This document shows, piece by piece, positions 53,095-60,577 of a DNA stretch of 64,000 nucleotides. The position numbers were made by a program, and so were the translations under genes. The notes under the pieces were generated by a model, which was not told where the DNA came from, did no database searches, and saw only the letters and a list, made by a program, of their open reading frames with translations. The stretch covers positions 23,337 through 87,336 of the forward strand of contig DCYT01000002.1 in the NCBI GenBank assembly GCA_002331145.1. Reading direction: 5' to 3'. This DNA is from Candidatus Minusculum obligatum. GTDB lineage: Bacteria > Patescibacteriota > Minisyncoccia > Phycocordibacterales > Phycocordibacteraceae. Every line of letters begins with the position of its first letter. Position 1 is the stretch's first letter.

Positions 53095-53465
53095 CCGTAT
53101 ATATGATGAAATCCGAATGTATTTCAGACGGAGTCTGAAATGAACGGCGAGAGCCGGTGGTGGCCCGTACATACACCTCCGCGAGGTGATCTCCACATAC
53201 TTTCCGCACCGACACGACAAGCTAACGCTCGCCGTGCACAAATAGAATCCTTCTTTGCACTTTTATCCTTTCCTGCGCCCCCATTTTTTGGGAAAGAAGA
53301 AAAGAAGTTTCTATTTGCCTTCTGCTCCGCAGAAGGGGTGCTTGTACCTCCAGGTATGTGTTTACTTCCCCTAGAGAAGCAAAAGGCACTTTCCAGAGCC
53401 TCTAGCGAGGCTTCCAAACGCTTCAATTACACCAATTGAAGCGTTTGAGGGGAAAGTGTGTAGAT
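53095..53465. ncRNA. Candidate structured non-coding RNA of about 370 nt. GC-rich and hairpin-dense. Strand and identity unresolved; RNase P RNA or another housekeeping RNA is possible.
   Basis: Locally GC-rich (about 55-60%) within an AT-rich genome. Lies between convergent genes. Contains at least 6 perfect 6-14-bp stems (for example tttcagac-ggag-tctgaaa, ccttctgc-tcc-gcagaagg, caaacgcttcaatt-acacc-aattgaagcgtttg, cacctc-cgc-gaggtg). The ORFs on both strands (53124..53426 -, 53140..53439 +) are low-complexity and non-protein-like. On the minus strand, GGAGCAGAAGGCAAAUAG and GGUGCGGAAAG resemble RNase P blocks, but their order is non-canonical. Confidence 0.3.
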
Positions 53466-53469
53466 ATTT

Positions 53470-53856
53470 CTAAGCAAGAGCATCAATGCTTTGTTTAAGT
53501 TGTTTTTCTACATCTTGAGCAACACCTTTAAGTATATCTGATTCAACCATACTCATTGCGGCAGAAGGAAGGATAGAAGAAACATATGTATTCTTGTTTT
53601 GTTCATACACAATCACATTACAAGGAAGAAGGAGTCCTATTTCTTTTTCTGCTGAAAGTGCTTTGTGCGCAAATGTAGGATTACATGCGCCAAGAATTGT
53701 GTAGCGATCATAATCAGCGCCAATTTTTTCTTTCATGGTTTTTTGTACATCAATAGTTGTAAGTACTCCAAAACCATTATCAGCGAGTGACTTTTTTACA
53801 GCACCAATTGCCTCATCAAAAGAAAGGGACGTCTTTACGGTGTGACTGTATTTCAT
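53470..53856 (-). CDS. DUF302-domain protein
   Basis: ILGACNPTFAHKALSAEKEIGLLLPCNVIVYE block. 128 aa. Confidence 0.65.
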   Translation of the reverse strand: MKYSHTVKTSLSFDEAIGAVKKSLADNGFGVLTTIDVQKTMKEKIGADYDRYTILGACNPTFAHKALSAEKEIGLLLPCNVIVYEQNKNTYVSSILPSAAMSMVESDILKGVAQDVEKQLKQSIDALA

Positions 53857-54092
53857 GCAAGTTTATTATATGTCACTGCAAACAGATAGAAGGCAATAAA
53901 TGACATAATTGCAGCTTCAATCATCCCTGTTAGTGTTCCAACAATAGTGGGGGAATAGAAGAGGTGCATTTCTTGCATTGCTGAAACTGCAATCGTATAA
54001 ATTCCCAGAGAGTTAAAGATAGTTAGAAGGAGCATGATAAGAGCAGAAACAATTCCTGCTGCATACCCAAGTGCTTTTGCATGTAATTTCAT
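53853..54092 (-). CDS. Small hypothetical membrane protein (79 aa), translationally coupled to the DUF302 gene
   Basis: Two TM helices. ATGA overlap. Confidence 0.45.
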   Translation of the reverse strand: MKLHAKALGYAAGIVSALIMLLLTIFNSLGIYTIAVSAMQEMHLFYSPTIVGTLTGMIEAAIMSFIAFYLFAVTYNKLA

Positions 54093-54170
54093 ATCAGAAA
54101 AGATTTACTTTAATAAAATAGGGGATAAAGAATTGACGTATAATACCCCCTAGGGGTATTATACCTTCTA

Positions 54171-54443
54171 ATGAAGAAAGATATCAAGAAGAGAGTTGTG
54201 CACAGGTTGAAAATCATCGAGGGGCAAGTGAAAGGTTTGCAAAGAATGGCAGAAGAAGAAGAGTATTGTATTAGCATCATTACTCAAGTTTCAGCAATGA
54301 GGCAAGCACTTTCTTCTGTAGAAGACTTAATGCTTGAAAATCACTTACTTACACATGTGGTGAGTCAAATGAAGAGCAAGAAAGGTCAAACGAAAGCAGT
54401 GGAGGAAATGTTGTCCATTTATAAACTTTCAAAGAAAAAGTAG
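54171..54443 (+). CDS. CsoR/RcnR/FrmR-family (DUF156) metal- or persulfide-sensing transcriptional repressor
   Basis: RLKIIEGQVKGLQRMAEEEEYCISIITQVSAMRQAL...LENHLLTHV: Cys in the YC motif, and an H-x-x-x-H where CsoR has H-x-x-x-C. Confidence 0.75.
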   Translation: MKKDIKKRVVHRLKIIEGQVKGLQRMAEEEEYCISIITQVSAMRQALSSVEDLMLENHLLTHVVSQMKSKKGQTKAVEEMLSIYKLSKKK

Positions 54444-54447
54444 ATAT

Positions 54448-55275
54448 ATGAATGCAAAAATACTTGGAATTGGAGCTTTTGTCGCACTACTCATTGCTGG
54501 CTTTGTGTTGGTGCAAGGTGGTGTTCCAGAATCTAAAATGGTTGAAGAGCACAGTGATTCTCTAGAATCATACGAAATGAGTCCTTCACAAGCTGTTAGC
54601 CGAATGCAAAGCAAAGATGATGTTGTGGTTCTTGATGTTCGAACAATTCAAGAATATGAAGAAATTCACCTTCAAAATGCTCTCTTGCTCCCCGTGCAGG
54701 AACTTTCTCAAGCTTCACTTGATGCGATTGGTCTTTCTGACAAAGATCAGGAAATAATTCTCTATTGCAGGAGTGGTGCTCGGAGTAAGACGGCTTTCGA
54801 TATCATGAATTCTCTTGGGTATACAAATATAAAAAGCGTTGCAGGAGGGATGATTCATTGGCAAGAAGATAATTACCCACTTACAGAGGTAGGAAAATTC
54901 AATGAATCAAAGAATATTCAGGAAAGTGACGAAAACACAATGGGTCCAAAGATAAGTGTCGATCGTAAGCTACATGATTTTGGAGAGATTCCTCAATTTG
55001 CAGGTGTAGTACAGACTATGTTTACTGTTACAAATTTGGGGACAGAAACTCTTACTGTTGGCGATATTACAACTAGTTGTAGCTGTACATCAGCAACACT
55101 GTCTTCATATTCTATTGGGGTGGGAGAGAGCGCTGAACTTACCGTTCTCTTTGACCCTGATTTACACGAAGAGCCAGAGGGTGTGTTTACACGAACGGTA
55201 TTTATCCCAAGTAATGACGTGAATACTCCAGAGGCAGAAGTTGCAGTACAAGTCGATATATTAGAAGGAGTTTAA
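54448..55275 (+). CDS. Membrane-anchored rhodanese (sulfurtransferase) domain fused to a DUF1573 Ig-like domain
   Basis: Rhodanese active-site loop ILYCRSGARSKTA. C-terminal DUF1573-like FGEIPQFAGVVQTMFTVTNLGTETLTVGDITTSCSCT. Confidence 0.7.
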   Translation: MNAKILGIGAFVALLIAGFVLVQGGVPESKMVEEHSDSLESYEMSPSQAVSRMQSKDDVVVLDVRTIQEYEEIHLQNALLLPVQELSQASLDAIGLSDKDQEIILYCRSGARSKTAFDIMNSLGYTNIKSVAGGMIHWQEDNYPLTEVGKFNESKNIQESDENTMGPKISVDRKLHDFGEIPQFAGVVQTMFTVTNLGTETLTVGDITTSCSCTSATLSSYSIGVGESAELTVLFDPDLHEEPEGVFTRTVFIPSNDVNTPEAEVAVQVDILEGV

Positions 55276-55286
55276 AATTAGATAAT

Positions 55287-55757
55287 ATGAATAATTACAT
55301 CGTAGGAGCACTAGTTATTGCAGGAGCACTTATTGCAGGAGCAATATTCTTTGTGGGTGGAGGTCCTGTTACAGAAAAGGTTGTGGCATCGGAGATTACT
55401 CTTGAGGCAAACGAGTATGATTTTGGTGACATTGATATTTTTGGTGGAAAGGTAAAAGCAACTTTCCCACTTACAAATACTGGAAGTGCTGATGTGACAG
55501 TGCTGTCTGGAGTTACAAGTTGTATCTGTACAGAAGGAGAAATAGATTCACTTTCCTTTGGCATGCATGGAAGTGATGGCGAGACAGTAATACCGGCAGG
55601 AGAGACAAGGGAGTTGGTTGCAATATATGATCCATTAGCACATGGTCCTGATGGAGTTGGGAAAATAAAGCGACAGTTGCAACTAAAGACAAACTCTTCG
55701 GTAACTGAGTACATCGACGTAAGTTTTACAGGAAATGTAGTAAAGAATGCTGAGTAA
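55287..55757 (+). CDS. DUF1573 Ig-like domain protein with a signal anchor
   Basis: YDFGDIDIFGGKVKATFPLTNTGSADVTVLSGVTSCICT: a paralogous fold to the C-terminus of the upstream protein. Confidence 0.6.
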   Translation: MNNYIVGALVIAGALIAGAIFFVGGGPVTEKVVASEITLEANEYDFGDIDIFGGKVKATFPLTNTGSADVTVLSGVTSCICTEGEIDSLSFGMHGSDGETVIPAGETRELVAIYDPLAHGPDGVGKIKRQLQLKTNSSVTEYIDVSFTGNVVKNAE

Positions 55758-55771
55758 TAAATAATATTCTC

Positions 55772-56725
55772 ATGGATAAAGTAAAAATAGCACTCGTAGG
55801 TATCGCATTCATTCTCTTGTCAATCATGCTTGTTGGAGGATTTAGTCTACTGACTTCTCCTACTATGGTTCCAGGATTTTCTCTGGCATTTTTGGCAGGG
55901 ATATCAATGATTGTGCTTCCGTGTACTTTTCCTCTTGTGTTTATCATTGTTCCTCTTGCGCTCTCAAAACAAAACGTGAAGAAAGGCATCATTATGGCAC
56001 TTCTTTTTGGTCTTGGTCTTACCGTTACATTTACGCTGTATGGTCTAGCACTCGGATGGCTGGGTGGTTTCGTTGGATTGTACAAAGTTGTCAGTGCAAT
56101 GCTTCTTATTGGAGGTATAGCAGCCCTCTTCTTTGGATTGGCAGAACTTGGTTTAGTGAACTTCTCTTTGCCATTTCGAAAAACTATTCTTCCACAGTCG
56201 CTCCAGCAAAAGAATGACTACATACGGAGCTTCTTTCTAGGCTTCTTCTTGGGAAACGCCGGAGTTGGTTGTCCAAATCCAGCCTTCTACATATTGTTTG
56301 GGTACGTTGCCACACTTGGAGATCCTATTACTGGGGCGTCTCTTGGAGCATTACATGGAATAGGAAGAATGGTTCCTCTTCTATTTCTAGTAGTTCTTGC
56401 AATTCTTGGAATAAATATGATGGAAAAGGTGAGTGCATATCAGGAAAGGGTAAAGCGTTGGGTTGCATGGTCGCTTGTTGTGCTTGGAGCATTCATACTT
56501 AACTATGGACTCTTTGGCATGGCATGGTTTGAAAAATCAGGTATTCATGAAGCATGGAATCAGTTCCTTCTTGCGGTAGTTCCAAAAATTGCAGAGTCAG
56601 CAGAGCTTGAGTCAGCTCTGCAGCTTCCGCAGGGTGTTGGTGGTATTATGCCCTGGATAGTTCTTGGTGCGGTTATAAGTGGGGTAATTGTATGGAGTGC
56701 GGTTAAGGCACGAAATAGTAAATAA
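55772..56725 (+). CDS. DsbD_2/CcdA-like thiol-disulfide transmembrane electron transporter (second copy in the window)
   Basis: Cys in TM1 (IVLPCTFPLV) and Cys in a later TM (GVGCPNPAFYIL). About 8 TM helices. Confidence 0.65.
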   Translation: MDKVKIALVGIAFILLSIMLVGGFSLLTSPTMVPGFSLAFLAGISMIVLPCTFPLVFIIVPLALSKQNVKKGIIMALLFGLGLTVTFTLYGLALGWLGGFVGLYKVVSAMLLIGGIAALFFGLAELGLVNFSLPFRKTILPQSLQQKNDYIRSFFLGFFLGNAGVGCPNPAFYILFGYVATLGDPITGASLGALHGIGRMVPLLFLVVLAILGINMMEKVSAYQERVKRWVAWSLVVLGAFILNYGLFGMAWFEKSGIHEAWNQFLLAVVPKIAESAELESALQLPQGVGGIMPWIVLGAVISGVIVWSAVKARNSK

Positions 56726-56727
56726 TT

Positions 56728-56880
56728 ATGACTAACTTTATACAAATAGCATATGCACATGGAGGAGAGGAAGTTGAAGCTGTAACAGCTCTTGATTTCT
56801 CAGGGCCACTTATTGCTCTGGGAATGATTGTTGCAGCAATTATTATTGCAAAAATTATTTCTAAGAAAAAAATAACATGA
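56728..56880 (+). CDS. Small membrane peptide (50 aa) whose stop overlaps the start of the Grx-like gene
   Basis: MTNFIQIAYAHGGEEVEAVTALDFSGPLIALGMIVAAIIIAKIISKKKIT. Not in the ORF track (under 60 aa). TGA/ATG overlap at 56877. Confidence 0.35.
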   Translation: MTNFIQIAYAHGGEEVEAVTALDFSGPLIALGMIVAAIIIAKIISKKKIT

Positions 56881-57134
56881 TTAAAGTAACACTTGTCCGC
56901 CCAGAAGGATGTCATCATTGTAAGGAGGTTAAAAACACACTTGAGGGAATGAGAGATGAATTTCCTGATATTTCAATTGAAGAAATTGATATGGTTACAC
57001 CTGAAGGAAGGGAGCTTGTTCAAAAATATCAGATGCTATCAAGCCCAGGGATTTTAATTAATGATGAATTCTTTGCTTTTGGCGGCGCTACTGAGGAACA
57101 GTTTAGAAAAAAGTTTAACGAAATTAATGGCTAG
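56877..57134 (+). CDS. Glutaredoxin/NrdH-like small thioredoxin-fold protein (CxxC = CHHC)
   Basis: VTLVRPEGCHHCKEVKNTLEGM. 85 aa. Confidence 0.6.
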   Translation: MIKVTLVRPEGCHHCKEVKNTLEGMRDEFPDISIEEIDMVTPEGRELVQKYQMLSSPGILINDEFFAFGGATEEQFRKKFNEING

Positions 57135-57155
57135 GCCTGGTAAAGAATAAAGAAA

Positions 57156-57869
57156 ATGTTGTTGGGAATTAAAAGTAAAAAAGTTGCACTCTTGCGCCAC
57201 TTAGCAATGGCTATTGTTGGGGGATTGCTTGTGTATTTGGTTTGGTCACTTAATGGTACGTGGAGTCCAGATATGCGGTTGTGGAAAGCATTTGGTGGAG
57301 CATCTTTTTTCCTCCTATGGTTTGCTGTTGTTATTGGGCCGTTAGCAAAGCTTCTTCCATCATTTAACTTAATGCTCTCGTATCGTCGCGAGGCAGGAGT
57401 TTGGTTTTTTATCATTGCATTGGTGCACGGATATCTCATTCTTGATGGCTGGGTGCGGTGGAATGTATGGGAATTTTTCGGCTATCAATACTTTACTGAA
57501 GTAGAGATGTATTTAAGAGTTGAGCCTGGGTTTGGATTAGCAAGTTTACTTGGACTTGTTGCTCTCATGTTTGCTCTTGCGCTTGCTGCAACATCTTTTG
57601 ATTGGGCAGTTAATCTTCTAGGTATTACTTCTTGGAAATGGTTGCATATGTTTGCGTACGTTGTGTTTTATTTGGCAGCAATGCATGTTGTATATTTTGC
57701 CTTTATTCATTACACACCTTCGTTTAATAGGCTTGCTATGGGGCTTCCAACAGATTATCCAGATAACCCATTGAAATATTATTATCTCAACGCACTTCTG
57801 AGTGTGTTTGTTTTGCAGACATCTGCTTTTATTGCAACGGTACGTAAAAATAAAAGAGCAAGCTGGTAG
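57156..57869 (+). CDS. Ferric-reductase-type (FRD/MsrQ-like) di-haem transmembrane protein
   Basis: His pair spaced 13 apart on one helix (LHMFAYVVFYLAAMH). His in an earlier helix (IIALVHGYLIL). Six TM helices. Confidence 0.65.
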   Translation: MLLGIKSKKVALLRHLAMAIVGGLLVYLVWSLNGTWSPDMRLWKAFGGASFFLLWFAVVIGPLAKLLPSFNLMLSYRREAGVWFFIIALVHGYLILDGWVRWNVWEFFGYQYFTEVEMYLRVEPGFGLASLLGLVALMFALALAATSFDWAVNLLGITSWKWLHMFAYVVFYLAAMHVVYFAFIHYTPSFNRLAMGLPTDYPDNPLKYYYLNALLSVFVLQTSAFIATVRKNKRASW

Positions 57870-57872
57870 CGT

Positions 57873-58553
57873 ATGGTATTTGAAACAATAATTAAAGGAC
57901 GTAAAAAAGTTGCAAAAGGTACTTGTGAAATAACTTTCAAAAGACCCGAGAAATTTGTATTTAAAGCAGGGCAATATATACAAATTGCCATACCAGAATT
58001 ACTTAGTCCGGATTTAAGGGGTAATTCACGGCTATTTTCTGTCACTTCGTCTCCGGACGATTTAGAAAATATCCGCGTAGTTTTTAGAGTCTCTACTAGT
58101 GGATTCAAACAAACATTGGTGAGTATGCCAGTTGGTGCAACAGTGCAAATTGAACAGGCTGCTGGCAGTTTTGTTTTACCGCAATCACCAAAACAGCAAC
58201 AAATTTTTGTTGCTGGCGGTGTTGGCATCTCTCCATTTATGAGCTACTTCAATCAAGAGAATACTCCATTTGAGAAAGGGCAGACTACTCTTTTTTATGG
58301 AAATCAAAACGAAGAGAGTGCCGCATATGTTACTGAGCTCCGCGCTTTTGCAAAGAGGTATCAATCTTTTTCACTTCAAGAGCTGTATGAAAGACCTTCC
58401 TCTGAATTCTTTAGGAGAAATGCGCAAATGTATAAAGATGCTACGTGGTGGGTGGTTGGGCCACCGGCAATGGTTGGAGTTGTTGTAAACGGACTTCAAT
58501 TAGGGGGTGTGGACCAAAATAATATTATAACTGAACCCTTTGAAGGATATTAG
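57873..58553 (+). CDS. FNR-fold FAD/NAD(P)H oxidoreductase (Fre-like flavin reductase), encoded separately from the FRD membrane domain
   Basis: RLFSVTSSP (RxYS FAD motif), IFVAGGVGISP (GGxGxxP NAD(P)H motif) and a C-terminal WWVVGPPAMV. Confidence 0.7.
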   Translation: MVFETIIKGRKKVAKGTCEITFKRPEKFVFKAGQYIQIAIPELLSPDLRGNSRLFSVTSSPDDLENIRVVFRVSTSGFKQTLVSMPVGATVQIEQAAGSFVLPQSPKQQQIFVAGGVGISPFMSYFNQENTPFEKGQTTLFYGNQNEESAAYVTELRAFAKRYQSFSLQELYERPSSEFFRRNAQMYKDATWWVVGPPAMVGVVVNGLQLGGVDQNNIITEPFEGY

Positions 58554-58557
58554 ACAT

Positions 58558-59328
58558 ATGAAAAATACTTTAGGATTAATTGTTTTTATTCTCGTACTTG
58601 TTGCACTAACTGCAATATTTTTTCTGAATGGTAGAAATACAGAAGTAACAATCGATGAAATATTTTCTGTATCTGCTCAGGATATTAAAGATCAAATTAC
58701 CATTGATCGTGTTGTTATGGACCAGCCAGGATTTATTGTGGCACGAGAAATTATAGATGGAAAACCGGGGCAGATAGTGGAAGTAAGTAAGTATTTAAAG
58801 GCGGGCGAAAATGTTGATGTTGTTATAGGTCTTGCACAACCATTAATTGAGGGGGTTGGTGTGAGCAGCGATCAATTTGATCAAGAAATTGTTGTTGCTG
58901 TGTATTATGATGATGGAGATAAGGGCTTTAATCCGTCTCTTGATTCTCTTGCATATCGTGAAGGGGAAGTGCTCGCACGGTTTGTCAAAACAGGAGTAAT
59001 GGCGCCTGAGTCAGCAGTGGTGCCAAACACTAAGGGTGAAAATATTGATGTTGCTCAAATAGTTACCTATACAGACAGTGGGTTTATTCCTCGGAACAGT
59101 GAAATTTCTTCTGGTGATACTGTTCGATTTATTAATAAGAGCAGTAATCAAATGTGGGTTGCCTCAAATGGGCATCCGGCACATATGATACTTCCAACAT
59201 TTGATCAGTTTAGTGCTTCTTCATATGGTGAAAGTTATGAATACACTTTTGAAAAAGAGGGGGTGTGGGAGTATCACGATCACATAAATGCTAGCCAGGT
59301 TGGTGTCATGTTAGTTCATTCAAATTAA
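58558..59328 (+). CDS. Membrane-anchored protein with a C-terminal cupredoxin-like domain that lacks the canonical type-1 copper cysteine (HDH in place of C..H)
   Basis: GDTVRFINKSSNQMWVASNGHPAHM...YEYTFEKEGVWEYHDHINASQVGVMLV follows the cupredoxin pattern (N.S....H....YEY.C..H..M.G...V) with Cys replaced by Asp. Confidence 0.55.
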   Translation: MKNTLGLIVFILVLVALTAIFFLNGRNTEVTIDEIFSVSAQDIKDQITIDRVVMDQPGFIVAREIIDGKPGQIVEVSKYLKAGENVDVVIGLAQPLIEGVGVSSDQFDQEIVVAVYYDDGDKGFNPSLDSLAYREGEVLARFVKTGVMAPESAVVPNTKGENIDVAQIVTYTDSGFIPRNSEISSGDTVRFINKSSNQMWVASNGHPAHMILPTFDQFSASSYGESYEYTFEKEGVWEYHDHINASQVGVMLVHSN

Positions 59329-59333
59329 ATTAC

Positions 59334-59804
59334 ATGCAAAATACAATAAATATTTGGGGAGTGTCTGCCATTATTGGCATAACGGTTTTGTTACTTGGTG
59401 GCGTTGCATTGTTGCCAAAAGCTCCTACAGGAGAGGGAGATGCTGTTGCTGCGGGACTCCATTGGCATCCTGAATTGCAAATTTTTGTTGATGAAGAAAA
59501 GCAGCAAATTCCAGCAAACATAAGGCTTGGTGGTGGCGGACATCAGCCAATACATACACACACAGAAGATGTTGAGGAAGGAGTACTTCACTTTGAGTTT
59601 GGAGGAGTTGCCTATACTGGAGATCTTCGTTTAGGAAACTTCTTCCGTATTTGGGGAAATAAAGATATGCAAACAGCGTTTGGCGTACTTGAACGAATGA
59701 TAGTAAATGGAGAAGAAAACAGTGAATTTGGAGAATATATTGTACAAAGTGAAGACAAAATAGAGCTCCACTACAACACTTTATTGCAGGGAGAGGTTAT
59801 GTAG
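59334..59804 (+). CDS. His-rich hypothetical exported protein (HWHP...HQPIHTHTED), a candidate metal binder
   Basis: Signal anchor, then LHWHPELQIFVD...GGGGHQPIHTHTEDVEEGVLHFEF. Confidence 0.5.
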   Translation: MQNTINIWGVSAIIGITVLLLGGVALLPKAPTGEGDAVAAGLHWHPELQIFVDEEKQQIPANIRLGGGGHQPIHTHTEDVEEGVLHFEFGGVAYTGDLRLGNFFRIWGNKDMQTAFGVLERMIVNGEENSEFGEYIVQSEDKIELHYNTLLQGEVM

Positions 59805-59847
59805 GCATGTTATTATTACTTAAATAAAAAAATAAAATATTGTTACT

Positions 59848-60573
59848 ATGGAAGAAAAAAAGAAAGAAGGGATGAATTTGGCAGTTCCGGGTGCGATTAT
59901 GTTTGCTGGAATACTCATTGCTGGCGCATTAGTGTTCTCCTCACTGCAAAGCAGTGGGGGACAGCAAGTAGCTGAAGAGGCTCCACAAGACGCAGGGTCT
60001 CTTGACGCAATGGATCCAGTGTCAGAAAAAGATCACGTTCGAGGGAATCCAAATGCTCCAGTTATGATTGTTGAGTATTCAGACTATGAATGTCCTTTCT
60101 GTAAGCGCTTCCATGAGACCATGAACCAGGTTATGGATACATATGGTGCTGAAGGAAAAGTTGCGTGGGTATATCGGCACTTTCCTCTTGACCAACTCCA
60201 TCCAGTAAAAGCTCGGCAAGAAGCTGCCGCAGCAGAATGTGTTGCTGAAATTGGCGGAGATGACATGTTTTGGAGGTTCTCAGATAGATTCTTTGAGCTT
60301 ACGCCATCTAACAATCAAACCGACCTCACCGTGGTTCTTCCACAAATTTATTCTGAACTAGGTCTTTCGCAAGCAAAGGTGAATGAGTGTGTTGCAAGTG
60401 GGAGGTATGATGATCATATTCAAGCTGAGTTTGAAAATGCTGTGGCAACAGGAGGTCGTGGTACGCCGTGGAGCATTCTTATAGCTGCAGACGGTACAAA
60501 GTACCCACTGTCTGGCGCACAACCTCTTAGTGCTATAAATCAGCTTATTGAACTTGGATTAGGAAACAACTAG
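59848..60573 (+). CDS. DsbA-like thiol:disulfide oxidoreductase (paralog 3)
   Basis: IVEYSDYECPFCKRFHETM and VAWVYRHFPL. N-terminal TM helix. About 50% identical by eye to paralogs 1 and 2. Confidence 0.85.
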   Translation: MEEKKKEGMNLAVPGAIMFAGILIAGALVFSSLQSSGGQQVAEEAPQDAGSLDAMDPVSEKDHVRGNPNAPVMIVEYSDYECPFCKRFHETMNQVMDTYGAEGKVAWVYRHFPLDQLHPVKARQEAAAAECVAEIGGDDMFWRFSDRFFELTPSNNQTDLTVVLPQIYSELGLSQAKVNECVASGRYDDHIQAEFENAVATGGRGTPWSILIAADGTKYPLSGAQPLSAINQLIELGLGNN

Positions 60574-60577
60574 TCTT

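Noticed and set aside
53124-53439. Overlapping 100-aa (minus) and 99-aa (plus) ORFs in the GC-rich intergenic stretch
   Set aside because: Both are low-complexity and lack RBS or domain features. The region is better explained as structured RNA.
53095-53465. Firm assignment of the GC-rich RNA candidate as RNase P RNA or tmRNA
   Set aside because: RNase P-like blocks occur in non-canonical order. No tmRNA acceptor/T-arm or tag-ORF signature was found. Left as an unassigned candidate pending covariance-model search.
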